From NCBI GenBank assembly GCA_964361595.1, contig CAYIAX010000001.1:32100-96099 (forward strand): DNA of 64,000 nucleotides, given 5' to 3'. A program made the position numbers and the translations under genes. This document shows, in pieces, positions 37,683 through 46,660 of the stretch (positions are counted from its first letter, which is position 1; each line of letters begins with the position of its first letter). The stretch comes from an uncultured Candidatus Saccharibacteria bacterium. GTDB taxonomy: Bacteria; Patescibacteriota; Minisyncoccia; UBA6257; 2-01-FULL-56-20. The notes beneath the pieces were generated by a model, which saw nothing but the letters and a program-made list of their open reading frames with translations, had not been told where the DNA came from and ran no database searches.

Positions 37683-38014
37683 CGCTCAAACGCGATTTTC
37701 AATAACCGAATAATGCCCCAGCCTAAAAGCGCATAAACAATCATTGCGACAAGCGTTGCCCATTCGAGCACCGCGCCATCGATAGCGGCGACGGGGAAGA
37801 TACCGCGGAAAGGGAAAATCAGCTTATCGGTTAAATTGTAAAGAAAAGCAACGAACGCATTGCCGGGGTTGGCGGCCAAGAGTTTAAAAACGAAGCGCAA
37901 AATCAAAACCACTTCAATCAAATCGACAAGATAGTAAAGCAGGCGATAGGCCAAAACGGGGCCACGCGGGCTCGTTTCTATGATTACAGTTTTTTCTTTT
38001 GCTTCGTCATTCAT
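37679..38014 (-). CDS. YggT-family membrane protein
   Basis: 111 aa, with the two-TM YGGT repeat architecture. Confidence 0.5.
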   Translation of the reverse strand: MNDEAKEKTVIIETSPRGPVLAYRLLYYLVDLIEVVLILRFVFKLLAANPGNAFVAFLYNLTDKLIFPFRGIFPVAAIDGAVLEWATLVAMIVYALLGWGIIRLLKIAFER

Positions 38015-38043
38015 AAATTTTGAATCTTAAATCCTGAATCTGC

Positions 38044-38382
38044 TTATTCACGCTTCAGCTTGCCGATCGCGTAATTCACGAGCGCCAAAACTAAACTGAA
38101 TAAAAGCGCCCACCAGAAGCTATCCACCGTAAAGCCCGGCACGATCGCGCTTGTAAGCATGATTAAGAGAGCGTTTAAGATGAAAGTGAAAAGCCCGAGT
38201 GTGAGCACATTGAGCGGGAGAGTGAGGATAATGAGGATCGGACGAATAAAAGTATTAATCAGCGCCAAAACGATTGCCACGGCAAGCGCAATCAAGAATC
38301 CGCCGACGTGCACGCCAGGCAAAAGATAAGCGGCGATCATTACCGCCAGGCCACTTAGAAGAAAATTTATTAATCCTCGCAT
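38044..38382 (-). CDS. DUF360 / phage-holin-4-like 4-TM membrane protein
   Basis: 112 aa with four TM helices and a typical DUF360 profile. Confidence 0.45.
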   Translation of the reverse strand: MRGLINFLLSGLAVMIAAYLLPGVHVGGFLIALAVAIVLALINTFIRPILIILTLPLNVLTLGLFTFILNALLIMLTSAIVPGFTVDSFWWALLFSLVLALVNYAIGKLKRE

Positions 38383-38548
38383 TGAATTTACAGCTTAGCG
38401 CAAAAATTGCATTTTGTCAAGTCTGACCAACCGGTCAGGTGCGAGGCTTTTTAATTTTTGGTAGAATTGTGGAAAGCGTAAAAAATCTTTTTATCAGCCG
38501 TCAGATAAAATATTCGCATATTCGTACAAATTTGTATTTCATAGTTAA

Positions 38549-38902
38549 ATGACCATTCACTTAAGCGAAAAACGCTGCGTAGCCTGCGAGGGCGGCACTC
38601 CGGCTTTTACGGACGCACAGATCGAGGAGTATAAGCCGCAAATCGAGCCAGCGTGGCAGATTCGGGACGACGAAGGAATTAAAAAGTTATACAGAGAATT
38701 CAAGTTTAAGGATTTCAAAGCGGCGATGGAGTTCGTAAACGCCGTGGCCGAGATCGCCGAATCAGAGGGGCATCATCCTGATCTTTATATTTTTTACAAT
38801 CTTGTTAAAATTGAACTCTATACGCACGCGGTAAGGGGCCTTTTCGAAAACGATTTTATTATCGCGGCCAAAATAGATAATATATTAAGTAAAAAGGTCT
38901 AA
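38549..38902 (+). CDS. phhB: pterin-4a-carbinolamine dehydratase (PCD/DCoH)
   Basis: 117 aa. The EGHHPDL ... signature. Confidence 0.78.
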   Translation: MTIHLSEKRCVACEGGTPAFTDAQIEEYKPQIEPAWQIRDDEGIKKLYREFKFKDFKAAMEFVNAVAEIAESEGHHPDLYIFYNLVKIELYTHAVRGLFENDFIIAAKIDNILSKKV

Positions 38903-38958
38903 ATTAATTTTTTTAACCGGTCTACAAGTATTCGTAGCATTCGGATGTAATTTGTAGA

Positions 38959-39576
38959 TTGGGATTGCTATTTATGATTCACGAATTACCAAAACTTCCA
39001 TACGCTTATAACGCTTTAGAACCGTATGTTGACGCGCAAACGATGGAAATCCACTATACGAAGCATCATGGCGCATATGTGGCCAAACTGAACAATGCCT
39101 TAAAAGAATTTCCAGAGTGGCAGGAAAAATCGGTGGAGGAGTTGTTGCGTTCGCTCGACCAAATTCCCGAGAGCATCCGCACGGCCGTGCGCAACCACGG
39201 TGGCGGGCACTATAATCATTCGCTTTTTTGGCAGATGCTCCGTCCGGCCGGCGGGGGAGAACCGGAAGCGAATTTAAAAAAAGTCATCACGGAAGTATTC
39301 GGTTCGTTCGAAAATTTCAAAGCGGAATTTGTGAAAACCGCGGCCGGAATTTTTGGCAGCGGCTGGGCTTGGCTTGTGATAAATGAAGAAGGAAAACTGG
39401 CGATCACTTCAACGCCAAATCAGGATAATCCAATCTCAAAAGGGGAGCAGCCAATACTGGGTTTGGATGTTTGGGAACACGCCTATTATTTGAAGTACCA
39501 GAACAAGCGCCCCGACTATATTGAAGCTTGGTGGAATGTTGTAAATTGGGATGAGGTTTCACGATTGCACGAATAA
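38959..39576 (+). CDS. sodA: Fe/Mn superoxide dismutase
   Basis: 205 aa. [27 protein letters not shown]. Confidence 0.93.
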   Translation: MGLLFMIHELPKLPYAYNALEPYVDAQTMEIHYTKHHGAYVAKLNNALKEFPEWQEKSVEELLRSLDQIPESIRTAVRNHGGGHYNHSLFWQMLRPAGGGEPEANLKKVITEVFGSFENFKAEFVKTAAGIFGSGWAWLVINEEGKLAITSTPNQDNPISKGEQPILGLDVWEHAYYLKYQNKRPDYIEAWWNVVNWDEVSRLHE

Positions 39577-39616
39577 CTTATATCCCATATTTTAGCGGGA
39601 ATTATTATTCGCATCC

Positions 39617-39645
39617 CGCTATGGTGCTATGCTATAGCATAGCGG
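39617..39645. repeat. palindromic repeat family copy b
   Basis: Core GCTATGCTATAGCATAGC at 39626-39643 with partly palindromic flanks. Confidence 0.7.
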
Positions 39646-39688
39646 TCGGCCCCAATGTACAAAGGCGCTGTTTTTCGATTTTGTTTTA

Positions 39689-40683
39689 GGCACACACATC
39701 TGGCGGACTAGGTAGATTGATATTCGGCAAGAAATTCGTTCGGCGTCTTGCCCTTCAGCCCGCAATGCTCCAGATCGTTGTATTCAGTATTCCACTTCCG
39801 CACCTTGGCGCGCAAGTCTTTTTCTGACCTGAAGACAGTTTGATCATAGAGGGTGCGCTGATCCGATCCATGCGAACGTTCGACCGTGCCGTTTTGTGCG
39901 GGTTTACCCGGATCAATGAGATAGTGCACGATGCCATTCCGCCCGCAGAAGATATCAAGGGCATGAAGTGTCTTCACGGTCAGATCGCTCCGCTTCGTGG
40001 TGCCTACGTACCGATTGGTGAAAGTGGAGTGGTTGTCGGTCTTGATGGCGGTGATGGGGTGCGGGAACCGCGCCATGACATCTTGCAAGAACTCCACGGA
40101 GTGGAACGTTGATTCTTCTTCAAAGATCCGCGGATACCGCCAGCGTGAGGCGCAGTCAACCGCCGTATACTGGAAATACGCTTTCCCCGCAACGGTTCCT
40201 GGCATATGTTTCACGTCGATCTCGACAAGCTCCCCGGGCTTCAAGGCCACCCTGAGGTATTTGCATTTCATCCGTTTCGCGCGGTAGCGGCGCACCAACC
40301 CTTCTGCTTTCAATATTTTCCCAATGGTGCGCTCGTGGATCAGAATGCCCTGCTTTTTGAGTTGCCAATGAAGTTTGAGTGCGCAGACCTTTTTCTTTCT
40401 GCGCAACGCGATGACCGCCTCCTTGATCGAGATCGGTGTTTCTTTGGGAGACGTCTTCGGCCGGGTGGAACGCGGCTCAAGCGCAGATTCGCCGCCGCGC
40501 CGGTATGCGGCGAGCCATCGTTCCAAAGTTCGCCTGCCATACGAAAACACCTTCATCACCTCCCTGATACTTGTCCGACCTTCTACGACGGGGACTACCC
40601 ATCGCAACCTTTCTTGTTTGATATTTTCAGCCATATGGATCGACATTCCCCGAGTTTACGGGAGTCCGCCATATGTGTGTGCA
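39689..40683 (-). mobile_element. IS481-family insertion sequence (~1 kb)
   Basis: Imperfect terminal inverted repeats GCACACACATCTGGCGGACT (39690-39709) and AGTCCGCCATATGTGTGTGC (40663-40682). A single transposase ORF lies inside. Confidence 0.65.
39708..40646 (-). CDS. IS481-family DDE transposase (HTH plus integrase-core rve domain)
   Basis: 312 aa. N-terminal HTH, DDE integrase core (VEIDVKHM ... YQYTAVD ... TDNHSTF ... YLIDPGKPAQNGTVER). Confidence 0.8.
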   Translation of the reverse strand: MSIHMAENIKQERLRWVVPVVEGRTSIREVMKVFSYGRRTLERWLAAYRRGGESALEPRSTRPKTSPKETPISIKEAVIALRRKKKVCALKLHWQLKKQGILIHERTIGKILKAEGLVRRYRAKRMKCKYLRVALKPGELVEIDVKHMPGTVAGKAYFQYTAVDCASRWRYPRIFEEESTFHSVEFLQDVMARFPHPITAIKTDNHSTFTNRYVGTTKRSDLTVKTLHALDIFCGRNGIVHYLIDPGKPAQNGTVERSHGSDQRTLYDQTVFRSEKDLRAKVRKWNTEYNDLEHCGLKGKTPNEFLAEYQST

Positions 40684-40698
40684 CATTACCATTTTCAG

Positions 40699-40726
40699 TT
40701 GACAGAAGTATAGAAAGGTGTATAAT
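40699..40726 (+). promoter_or_regulatory. consensus sigma70 promoter TTGACA-N16-TATAAT reading out of the IS end toward the lipoprotein gene
   Basis: TTGACA at 40699-40704, TATAAT at 40721-40726, immediately outside the right IS repeat. Confidence 0.55.
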
Positions 40727-40844
40727 GTGAGGTAAACCTGGCCAGCGTACTGGGGCTAGTTCTTTCAAACTACGTTTAATTTTGAGCCCCAGTACGCTGT
40801 CTGGGTTCAGGTTCTTTGGTAATTTAGTTGGAAGGAGAGGAAAG

Positions 40845-41609
40845 ATGCAGATGCGCAAATTCGCGCTTTTTGTGGTTCTGGTGATTACCCTGGTGGCCTT
40901 GGTCGGCTGCAGTGGGCGGGTGGAGACAAAGGCCCGTGTGGAGAGCCGGCCAGCCGTTGATTCAGCCGTCGAGGCCCGGCAGAAGGCCATCGCCGAACTC
41001 AAGGCGGAGCTCGAGGAGATCATGAAGCCCGAATTCGGCCGGATAAGTGTGAATCTCGTCGAGGCCGAAGTGAAGGGGCGGAAGGTCCGTCCCGAGCTAT
41101 GCGAAGCGGAAGTTCGCTACGAGCGCTTCGCGAGCTTTTTGGCCTCGCCCGCATACAACGGGATCAGTCCAGCTGATCTAGGGACGACGGCGGAGCGTCT
41201 GAATGGAGAGAGACGGCAGCGGGCCACCCTCTACGTCAAACAAATTATGGTTGCCCTCCGCGAAGGCAACCCTGATTGCGGCGGCGTGAACCGAGACGTA
41301 ATCGGCCTGGCGAGGGACATACCCTACACCATGAACCAGGCTGGCTTGAGATTCACGGATGTGGATTTCAAGGCCGCAGACATTCGGGAGGTCGTCCGCA
41401 AGGAGATCGCGCGGCAGCTCGTCGGTCCCGAGGGCGCGATCGCGGTAGCCAAGGCCGGTGGATCGGATACCGAAGCCGAAGGCAAAGCCGACTCAATCAT
41501 CCTCGAAGCCCTTGAGTACGGCTTCTCGGCGGCCGATCTCGGCCTCAAGGGCGCCGACGCCGAATTTTTCGCTAAGCGCGCAAAGGCCTTGTCCGAAGGC
41601 GGCGGCTGA
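40845..41609 (+). CDS. high-GC lipoprotein, hypothetical
   Basis: Start at MQMRKF with a GGAGAGG Shine-Dalgarno. Lipobox LVALVGCSG. About 62% GC. Terminator at 41639-41671. Confidence 0.5.
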   Translation: MQMRKFALFVVLVITLVALVGCSGRVETKARVESRPAVDSAVEARQKAIAELKAELEEIMKPEFGRISVNLVEAEVKGRKVRPELCEAEVRYERFASFLASPAYNGISPADLGTTAERLNGERRQRATLYVKQIMVALREGNPDCGGVNRDVIGLARDIPYTMNQAGLRFTDVDFKAADIREVVRKEIARQLVGPEGAIAVAKAGGSDTEAEGKADSIILEALEYGFSAADLGLKGADAEFFAKRAKALSEGGG

Positions 41610-41638
41610 TCCACGAATCTCCAACAATCATCAAAAAC

Positions 41639-41671
41639 GCCCGCGCGAGCACATGCTCCGCGGGCTTTTTC
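41639..41671 (+). terminator. intrinsic terminator
   Basis: GCCCGCG ... CGCGGGC followed by TTTTTC. Confidence 0.7.
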
Positions 41672-41684
41672 ATAGGCTGTTAAT

Positions 41685-41790
41685 TCAAAATTTAAAAATC
41701 AAAAATCAAAATTCAGGTAATTAACTTCGTTAATTTTTTATTTTGAATTGTCATTTTGCATTTTGAGATTTGCATTTTGCATTAATTAAG
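41685..41790. repeat. ~100-bp AT-rich imperfectly palindromic element, copy A
   Basis: About 92% identical to 44221-44326 in direct orientation. A partial third copy lies at 48084-48112. Confidence 0.7.
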
Positions 41791-42288
41791 TACGACGATT
41801 TCCGCGTAATTGGCTCCGAAGCGCAAAGCCTCGGTTTTCGTTTCCATCCAGATATCGAGTTTGTTCGCATTGCGTTCATGCATGCGGTCTTCAACCACGA
41901 AGACTTTAGCGCCAAAGAGAGCAGGAATCTGGACGCGGGTGCCAAAAGGCAGGAAGTTAGCCGCCACGACGCCGTCGCGGACGGTACTGCCAGAAGCGGT
42001 CGTAAAAGGCGTATCGTCGGTTTCTTCCGGGGTGCTTGAATAAGCCGTAATCCAGACCAGCTTCCGTTGGGGGAAGAAATCAGGAGTAGGCGGCGGCAAA
42101 GAAATTACTTTCGTGGTCGTGGGCAGAAGCGTAGTTGGTTTAACCTCCGTGAGCTTAGGCTGGCCGACCGCAATCGGCCGGATTTCCTGGGTTTCGGCCG
42201 CTATGGGCTCGCCATTCGCCCTAATAATACCTGCCGTTGACGGATAGAGCGTCGTGGCCAGGGCGAAAGCCAAAAGTACGTAATTCAT
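41782..42288 (-). CDS. 3D (Asp-Asp-Asp) domain protein, MltA-like cell-wall binding/lytic
   Basis: Signal peptide. WITAYSS ... TASG ... PFGT ... VVEDRM ... LDIW pattern of the 3D domain. Confidence 0.55.
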   Translation of the reverse strand: MNYVLLAFALATTLYPSTAGIIRANGEPIAAETQEIRPIAVGQPKLTEVKPTTLLPTTTKVISLPPPTPDFFPQRKLVWITAYSSTPEETDDTPFTTASGSTVRDGVVAANFLPFGTRVQIPALFGAKVFVVEDRMHERNANKLDIWMETKTEALRFGANYAEIVVLN

Positions 42289-42549
42289 AGGTTTTTCAAC
42301 AAAAAAGCCCCCTTCCGGGGTCTAGCTTATTGTGTCCTAATCATAGACCATGGCCGGGTTTTTGTCAATCCGCCGTGTCAAGGGGAAAGCGGCGGCGGAA
42401 ACTCTGGTCTTGGGGGCTAGCTAATCTGGCTTGGGGATAATCGGAACGGTAAATCTGCCTAAAAGCGGCTAAAATATAGGAGTAATCTCGAATAACACGA
42501 ATTCTAATCAAATAATTCGAATTCGCGTTATTAGCGATTACTCCTCCTC

Positions 42550-44217
42550 ATGACTGCCGGTCTTTTAGAACTCGCCATCGTTGTTTTAATCGCCGCCTTC
42601 TTGGGCATTTTGGCCAGAACTCTGCGCCAGCCAATTATTCTTGCCTATCTCGTAACCGGTGTGATCATCGGTTACTTCGGGCTTTTCAATCTCCGTGATC
42701 AGGCCACCTTCCAGATTTTTGCCGACTTGGGCATCATGTTCCTCTTATTCTTGGTCGGCTTGGAGATTAACTATACCTCGTTGCGCCTCGTCGGCCGGTC
42801 CGCGCTCATCATTGGAGTCTCGCAGGTGATTTTTACCACCGGTATAGGCTTTTTAATCGCGCGACTTTTCGATTTTTCGTTGCTCCATTCGGCTTATATC
42901 GCTTTGGCGCTCACATTCTCCTCTACGATCATCGTGGTCAAACTGCTTTCCGAAAAAAAGGATCTAAGCAGTTTGTACGGAAAAATCGCCGTGGGCGTCA
43001 TGCTCTTCCAGGATTTCATCGCGATTCTGATCCTTGTTACCCTGGCTGGTATCGAAGCGGGCAGGGGTTTCTCTTGGAGCAGTCTTGCGGTCGCGCTTGT
43101 GAAGGGACTGTTGCTCTTTATCGCGATGGTTTGGCTGGGCCGCAAATTTTTACCGCATGTATTTGATAAGATCGCCCGTTCGCCGGAATTGTTGTTCCTC
43201 ACGACCCTGGCTTGGGTATTTCTCCTGGCTGCTTTGGCCGCCGAAATCGGTTTTTCGATCGAGATCGCGGGATTTTTAGCGGGGCTCGCGCTCGCGAACT
43301 CCGCGGAACATTTCCAGATCGCGAATCGCGTGCGTCCGCTGCGCGACTTCTTCATTTTGATCTTTTTCGTTATTTTGGGGTCGTCCATTGTCTTGCAGGA
43401 CTGGAGTGGCATCACGAAGCCGATTTTGGCCTTCTCCGCTTTCGTCATTATCGGCAATCCCTTGATCGTGCTCCTCATTATGAGCGCTTTGGGTTATCGC
43501 AAGCGCACAAGTTTTTTGACCGGCGTGACGGTGGGGCAAATTTCGGAATTCAGTTTGATTTTGGTCGCGCTCGGTTTGCGCGTGGGCCATCTTAACTCCA
43601 GCATCGTTTCCTTGGTAACCGCCGTCGGCGTGATTACGATCATTATTTCCGCCTACATCATTACGCACGGCGACAAAATTTTCCGCTTCCTCGCGCGGCC
43701 GCTTTCACTCCTCGAGCGCAAACAAACCAAGGAAGTGAGTTCGCTGATCGGGGAATTCAAAAAATCTTTCATTTTGATCGGCGCTCACCGCACCGGCCAG
43801 GCAATCGCGCTTTCCCTGCCGGCCAAGGATCTCTTGGTCATCGAATTCGATCCGGAAGTCATACACATGTTGAAGCGGCATAATCTCGATTATATTTTCG
43901 GCGATATTGCCGACCCGGAAGTTTTTGCGAAAGCTAATTTCGAGACTGCCAAATTGGTTATTTCCACCAACCCGGATTTAAACGACAATCTGGGGCTTTT
44001 GACTGAACTTAAGAAGCTGGCCAAGCGGCCAAAAATCATCGTCCGCGCCGATGATGAAAAAGAAGCGGAAATTCTTTACAAAACAGGGGTGGATTATGTG
44101 CTTTTGCCTAATTTCACGGCCGGGCAATATCTGGCCAAAACCATTGCCGTTGACCCCGAAATGCAGATATTGGAGCAGCTGCGGAAAAAGGATTTGGAGA
44201 TGCTGCGCGCACATTAA
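42550..44217 (+). CDS. CPA2-family monovalent cation:proton antiporter with C-terminal TrkA-N (KefB/YbaL-like)
   Basis: 555 aa. 12-13 TM segments followed by a Rossmann GxGxxG (ILIGAHRTGQAI) regulatory domain. Confidence 0.8.
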   Translation: MTAGLLELAIVVLIAAFLGILARTLRQPIILAYLVTGVIIGYFGLFNLRDQATFQIFADLGIMFLLFLVGLEINYTSLRLVGRSALIIGVSQVIFTTGIGFLIARLFDFSLLHSAYIALALTFSSTIIVVKLLSEKKDLSSLYGKIAVGVMLFQDFIAILILVTLAGIEAGRGFSWSSLAVALVKGLLLFIAMVWLGRKFLPHVFDKIARSPELLFLTTLAWVFLLAALAAEIGFSIEIAGFLAGLALANSAEHFQIANRVRPLRDFFILIFFVILGSSIVLQDWSGITKPILAFSAFVIIGNPLIVLLIMSALGYRKRTSFLTGVTVGQISEFSLILVALGLRVGHLNSSIVSLVTAVGVITIIISAYIITHGDKIFRFLARPLSLLERKQTKEVSSLIGEFKKSFILIGAHRTGQAIALSLPAKDLLVIEFDPEVIHMLKRHNLDYIFGDIADPEVFAKANFETAKLVISTNPDLNDNLGLLTELKKLAKRPKIIVRADDEKEAEILYKTGVDYVLLPNFTAGQYLAKTIAVDPEMQILEQLRKKDLEMLRAH

Positions 44218-44220
44218 ATG

Positions 44221-44326
44221 CAAAATTTAAATATCAAAAATCAAAATTCAGGTAATTAACTTCGTTAATTTTTTATTTTTACATTGTCATTTTCCATTTT
44301 GATATTTGCATTTTAAATTAATCATA
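44221..44326. repeat. ~100-bp AT-rich element, copy B (direct repeat of 41685-41790)
   Basis: See copy A. It bridges the kef stop and the start of the next gene. Confidence 0.7.
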
Positions 44327-45418
44327 ATGACTCTCCGCCAGGCCGCTATCATCGTCATAATCTGGGCCCTTATTACCACCGTTTTCGGCCTAGTCGTGCT
44401 TAACCGGCTGAATCTCGCGGGGGATAATGCTTATGTTTGGATCAATCCCTCCGAGTTCAAGCAGGAAAAGTCCTGGAGTCCGCTTGCCTTGCACGCACGC
44501 TGGGATTCGTTCTGGTTCCTGGACGTAGCGGAAAACGGCTATGTCTATAAAGGCGAGCAGAAATTATCAAACATCGTATTTTTCCCGCTCTATCCGGGAC
44601 TGATCTGGCTTTTCGCCCTGGTTTTGAAGAATGGCATTTTGGCGGGCTGGCTCGTTTCGCTTGCGGCCCTGATCGGCGCGGTTTTTTATCTCCATCGGCT
44701 TGTGCGCGAATTTCATCCGAACCTCAATCCTTACGTACCTATCCTTTTGCTTTTAATTTTTCCCACCGCCTTTTTCCTGAATGCAGTTTATTCCGAGTCG
44801 CTTTTCCTGTTTCTTTCGATCACCATCTTTTATTATTTGCGCCGGGGCAATTTCAAGCCAGCCGGAATTTTTGGGCTCGCGGCGGCCTTGACACGCGTAA
44901 CCGGAATAATTCTTCTTATTCCGGCTCTCCTCGAATACGCGCAAAAGTTTAACTGGAAGCTGCGCAAAGAATTTGCCTGGCTGCTTTTAATTCCCGCCGG
45001 CACGGCTGCATTTTTCTTATATCACTACTTTGCCTTTGGCGATGCGACGCTCTTCTTCAAAGTCCAGGCCTGGTGGGGCAGGGGATTTGAGTTTAATCGC
45101 GATCATGCCCTGCTTTTTTCACGAGCTGCGATTATTAATTTATCGCTCGATCTTTTTTATATTTTGGTTTCTTTGATCGCGATGCTTTCCGCCTGGCGCG
45201 AGCGGATCTCGTACGGAGCCTATGTGCTTTTGGGACTAATCGTGCCCTTGAGCACCGGTACGCTGATGAGCATCGGACGCTATGCGCTCGTGCTTTTTCC
45301 GATCTATCTCGTAATGGCTAAAATGTCCGTGCGCCGCCAGCTTGTTTGGGCTTTTGTCTCGATTCTGCTTTTCGGTTTGAGCCTGACTTTATTCGTAAAT
45401 AATTATTGGGCGGGATAA
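44306..45418 (+). CDS. GT-C fold integral membrane glycosyl/mannosyltransferase-like protein (PIG-V/DUF2029-like)
   Basis: 370-aa polytopic membrane protein with FFPLYPGL and HxxW motifs. Confidence 0.4.
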   Translation: MHFKLIIMTLRQAAIIVIIWALITTVFGLVVLNRLNLAGDNAYVWINPSEFKQEKSWSPLALHARWDSFWFLDVAENGYVYKGEQKLSNIVFFPLYPGLIWLFALVLKNGILAGWLVSLAALIGAVFYLHRLVREFHPNLNPYVPILLLLIFPTAFFLNAVYSESLFLFLSITIFYYLRRGNFKPAGIFGLAAALTRVTGIILLIPALLEYAQKFNWKLRKEFAWLLLIPAGTAAFFLYHYFAFGDATLFFKVQAWWGRGFEFNRDHALLFSRAAIINLSLDLFYILVSLIAMLSAWRERISYGAYVLLGLIVPLSTGTLMSIGRYALVLFPIYLVMAKMSVRRQLVWAFVSILLFGLSLTLFVNNYWAG

Positions 45419-45551
45419 TTGCGGTTAGGGATAAGTGAGTTCTTCTGACTCCGCGGGTGAGTAGTGGTACAAATTAATCAGAGGAGATTCCCCGCCATGT
45501 TGAAGGAATTGGAATTTGTTACAAGAAAAACCACTGGAGGGAGACACATAA

Positions 45552-45587
45552 GAGCCGTGCACTAAAAAACCACGGCTCATTTTTTTA
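45552..45587. terminator. bidirectional hairpin terminator
   Basis: GAGCCGTG ... CACGGCTC followed by ATTTTTTT. Confidence 0.55.
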
Positions 45588-45597
45588 CTTCCTTTTG

Positions 45598-45668
45598 TTG
45601 CCGGGCAGGGATTCGAACCCCGACTTGTCCTGAATCTATTGAAGGATAAACGACTTTCCCGCACAGAG
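45598..45668 (-). pseudogene. degenerate tRNA-like sequence (intact T-arm GGGGTTCGAATCCCT and acceptor-like 3' end, no foldable D or anticodon arms)
   Basis: The reverse complement carries CGGGG-TTCGAAT-CCCTG plus CCCGGCA. The 5' half cannot form a 7-bp acceptor stem or a canonical anticodon stem. Only about 64 nt are available. Confidence 0.3.
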
Positions 45669-45739
45669 CTGGGGGACAGGGATTCGAACCCCGATACCAT
45701 CCTTCAAAGGGATGTGTCCTACCATTAGACGATCCCCCA
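45669..45739 (-). tRNA. tRNA-Gln (anticodon UUG)
   Basis: Reverse complement TGGGGGA-TC-GTCT-AATGGTA-GGAC-A-CATCC-CTTTGAA-GGATG-GTAT-CGGGG-TTCGAAT-CCCTG-TCCCCCA-G. Cloverleaf with a 7-bp acceptor, anticodon TTG, A37, discriminator G. No encoded CCA. Confidence 0.8.
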
Positions 45740-45925
45740 GCTATGGGCGGGATAAACTCCGGCCGCTTGTGAACTATTTATTCGCCTTCGGCCGGGCCAT
45801 TAGACCAGTCTCGGCTAGACCGTCGAGTCTAGGCGGGCGACCCGGCAAATCGCATTGAGCTTAAAACAAAATTGGGATTTTTTCCACTTTTTAGTCTGGT
45901 ATACTTTTATTATCTATAAAATCTG

Positions 45926-46348
45926 ATGACTAAAACCGAAATCATCGTCAAGGTTAAAGAATTAAATCTGCCCCAGGATTCTTACGTTGTTTATGGCAGT
46001 TGCCCGCTGGCAGCGGCAGGTATTAGAGAAGTGAAAGATATTGACCTAGTAGTTTCGCCCGAGGTGCTCGCAAATTTGAAAAAAGCTGGTTGGCGGGAAG
46101 TTGAAAAAGCTCCCAACGACAAACCAATCACGCATGATGTTTTTGAAGCGCACGACAAGCGGGGTTTCAGTTCGTATAGCCCGACCCTGGAGCATTTGCA
46201 GAGAACCGCGACGATTATTAATGGCGTGCCCTTCGCGTCACTGGAAGAAGTTAGAAAATGGAAGGCAGCTTCCGGCCGTCCCAAAGATCTTGCCGACATC
46301 GAGTTAATTAACGAATATTTGAGAAATAGCGTTGAAAAATCAGACTAG
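45926..46348 (+). CDS. hypothetical protein, possible nucleotidyltransferase-like fold
   Basis: 140 aa. GS ... DIDLVV and RPKDLADIELI resemble minimal nucleotidyltransferase / Abi-type motifs. Confidence 0.35.
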   Translation: MTKTEIIVKVKELNLPQDSYVVYGSCPLAAAGIREVKDIDLVVSPEVLANLKKAGWREVEKAPNDKPITHDVFEAHDKRGFSSYSPTLEHLQRTATIINGVPFASLEEVRKWKAASGRPKDLADIELINEYLRNSVEKSD

Positions 46349-46405
46349 TTCTCATTCGCTCATTCGCGCGAATGAGCGAAACTGGCTGCCGACTCGCTCC
46401 GCCCA

Positions 46406-46447
46406 AAAATCATCCTTAAATATTTGGAGTATTTAAGGATGATTTTT
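46406..46447. terminator. bidirectional terminator palindrome
   Basis: AAAAATCATCCTTAAATA / TATTTAAGGATGATTTTT. Confidence 0.6.
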
Positions 46448-46660
46448 GTCTGATTAATTCTTGTCACGACCATCAATCGCGCTGCTTTACTTTAGTAAAG
46501 CAGCGCATAAACTTCCTATATATTTACATTCGATAAGTAGAACAACCGTGGAAATTGGCACTTTTTTCGAGTTTTCGGGCAGAGCGCATTTTTTTAAAAC
46601 TGGGAAATTAAGCACATTTGGAGCATTTGCGCCGGGTGGGCATAGAGTTATCATAAAAGC

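Noticed and set aside
38416-38446. Hairpin GUCAAGUCUGACC-AACC-GGUCAGGUGCGAGG resembling the SRP RNA GGUCAGGUCCGG motif
   Set aside because: It lacks the GGAAGGAAGCAGCC domain-IV core and the symmetric loop. It fits a terminator for the minus-strand DUF360 gene (T-run follows).
41276-41724. Alternative-frame ORFs (41276-41515 plus, 41324-41614 minus, 41458-41724 plus) within the lipoprotein gene
   Set aside because: These are high-GC shadow frames with Arg/Pro-rich translations and no independent signals.
45598-45668. A second intact tRNA gene next to tRNA-Gln
   Set aside because: Only the T-arm and the 3' acceptor strand are canonical. The 5' strand cannot pair (TGTGCGGG against the required TGCCGGG). 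The body is about 7 nt too short for D and anticodon arms. Reported as a remnant instead.
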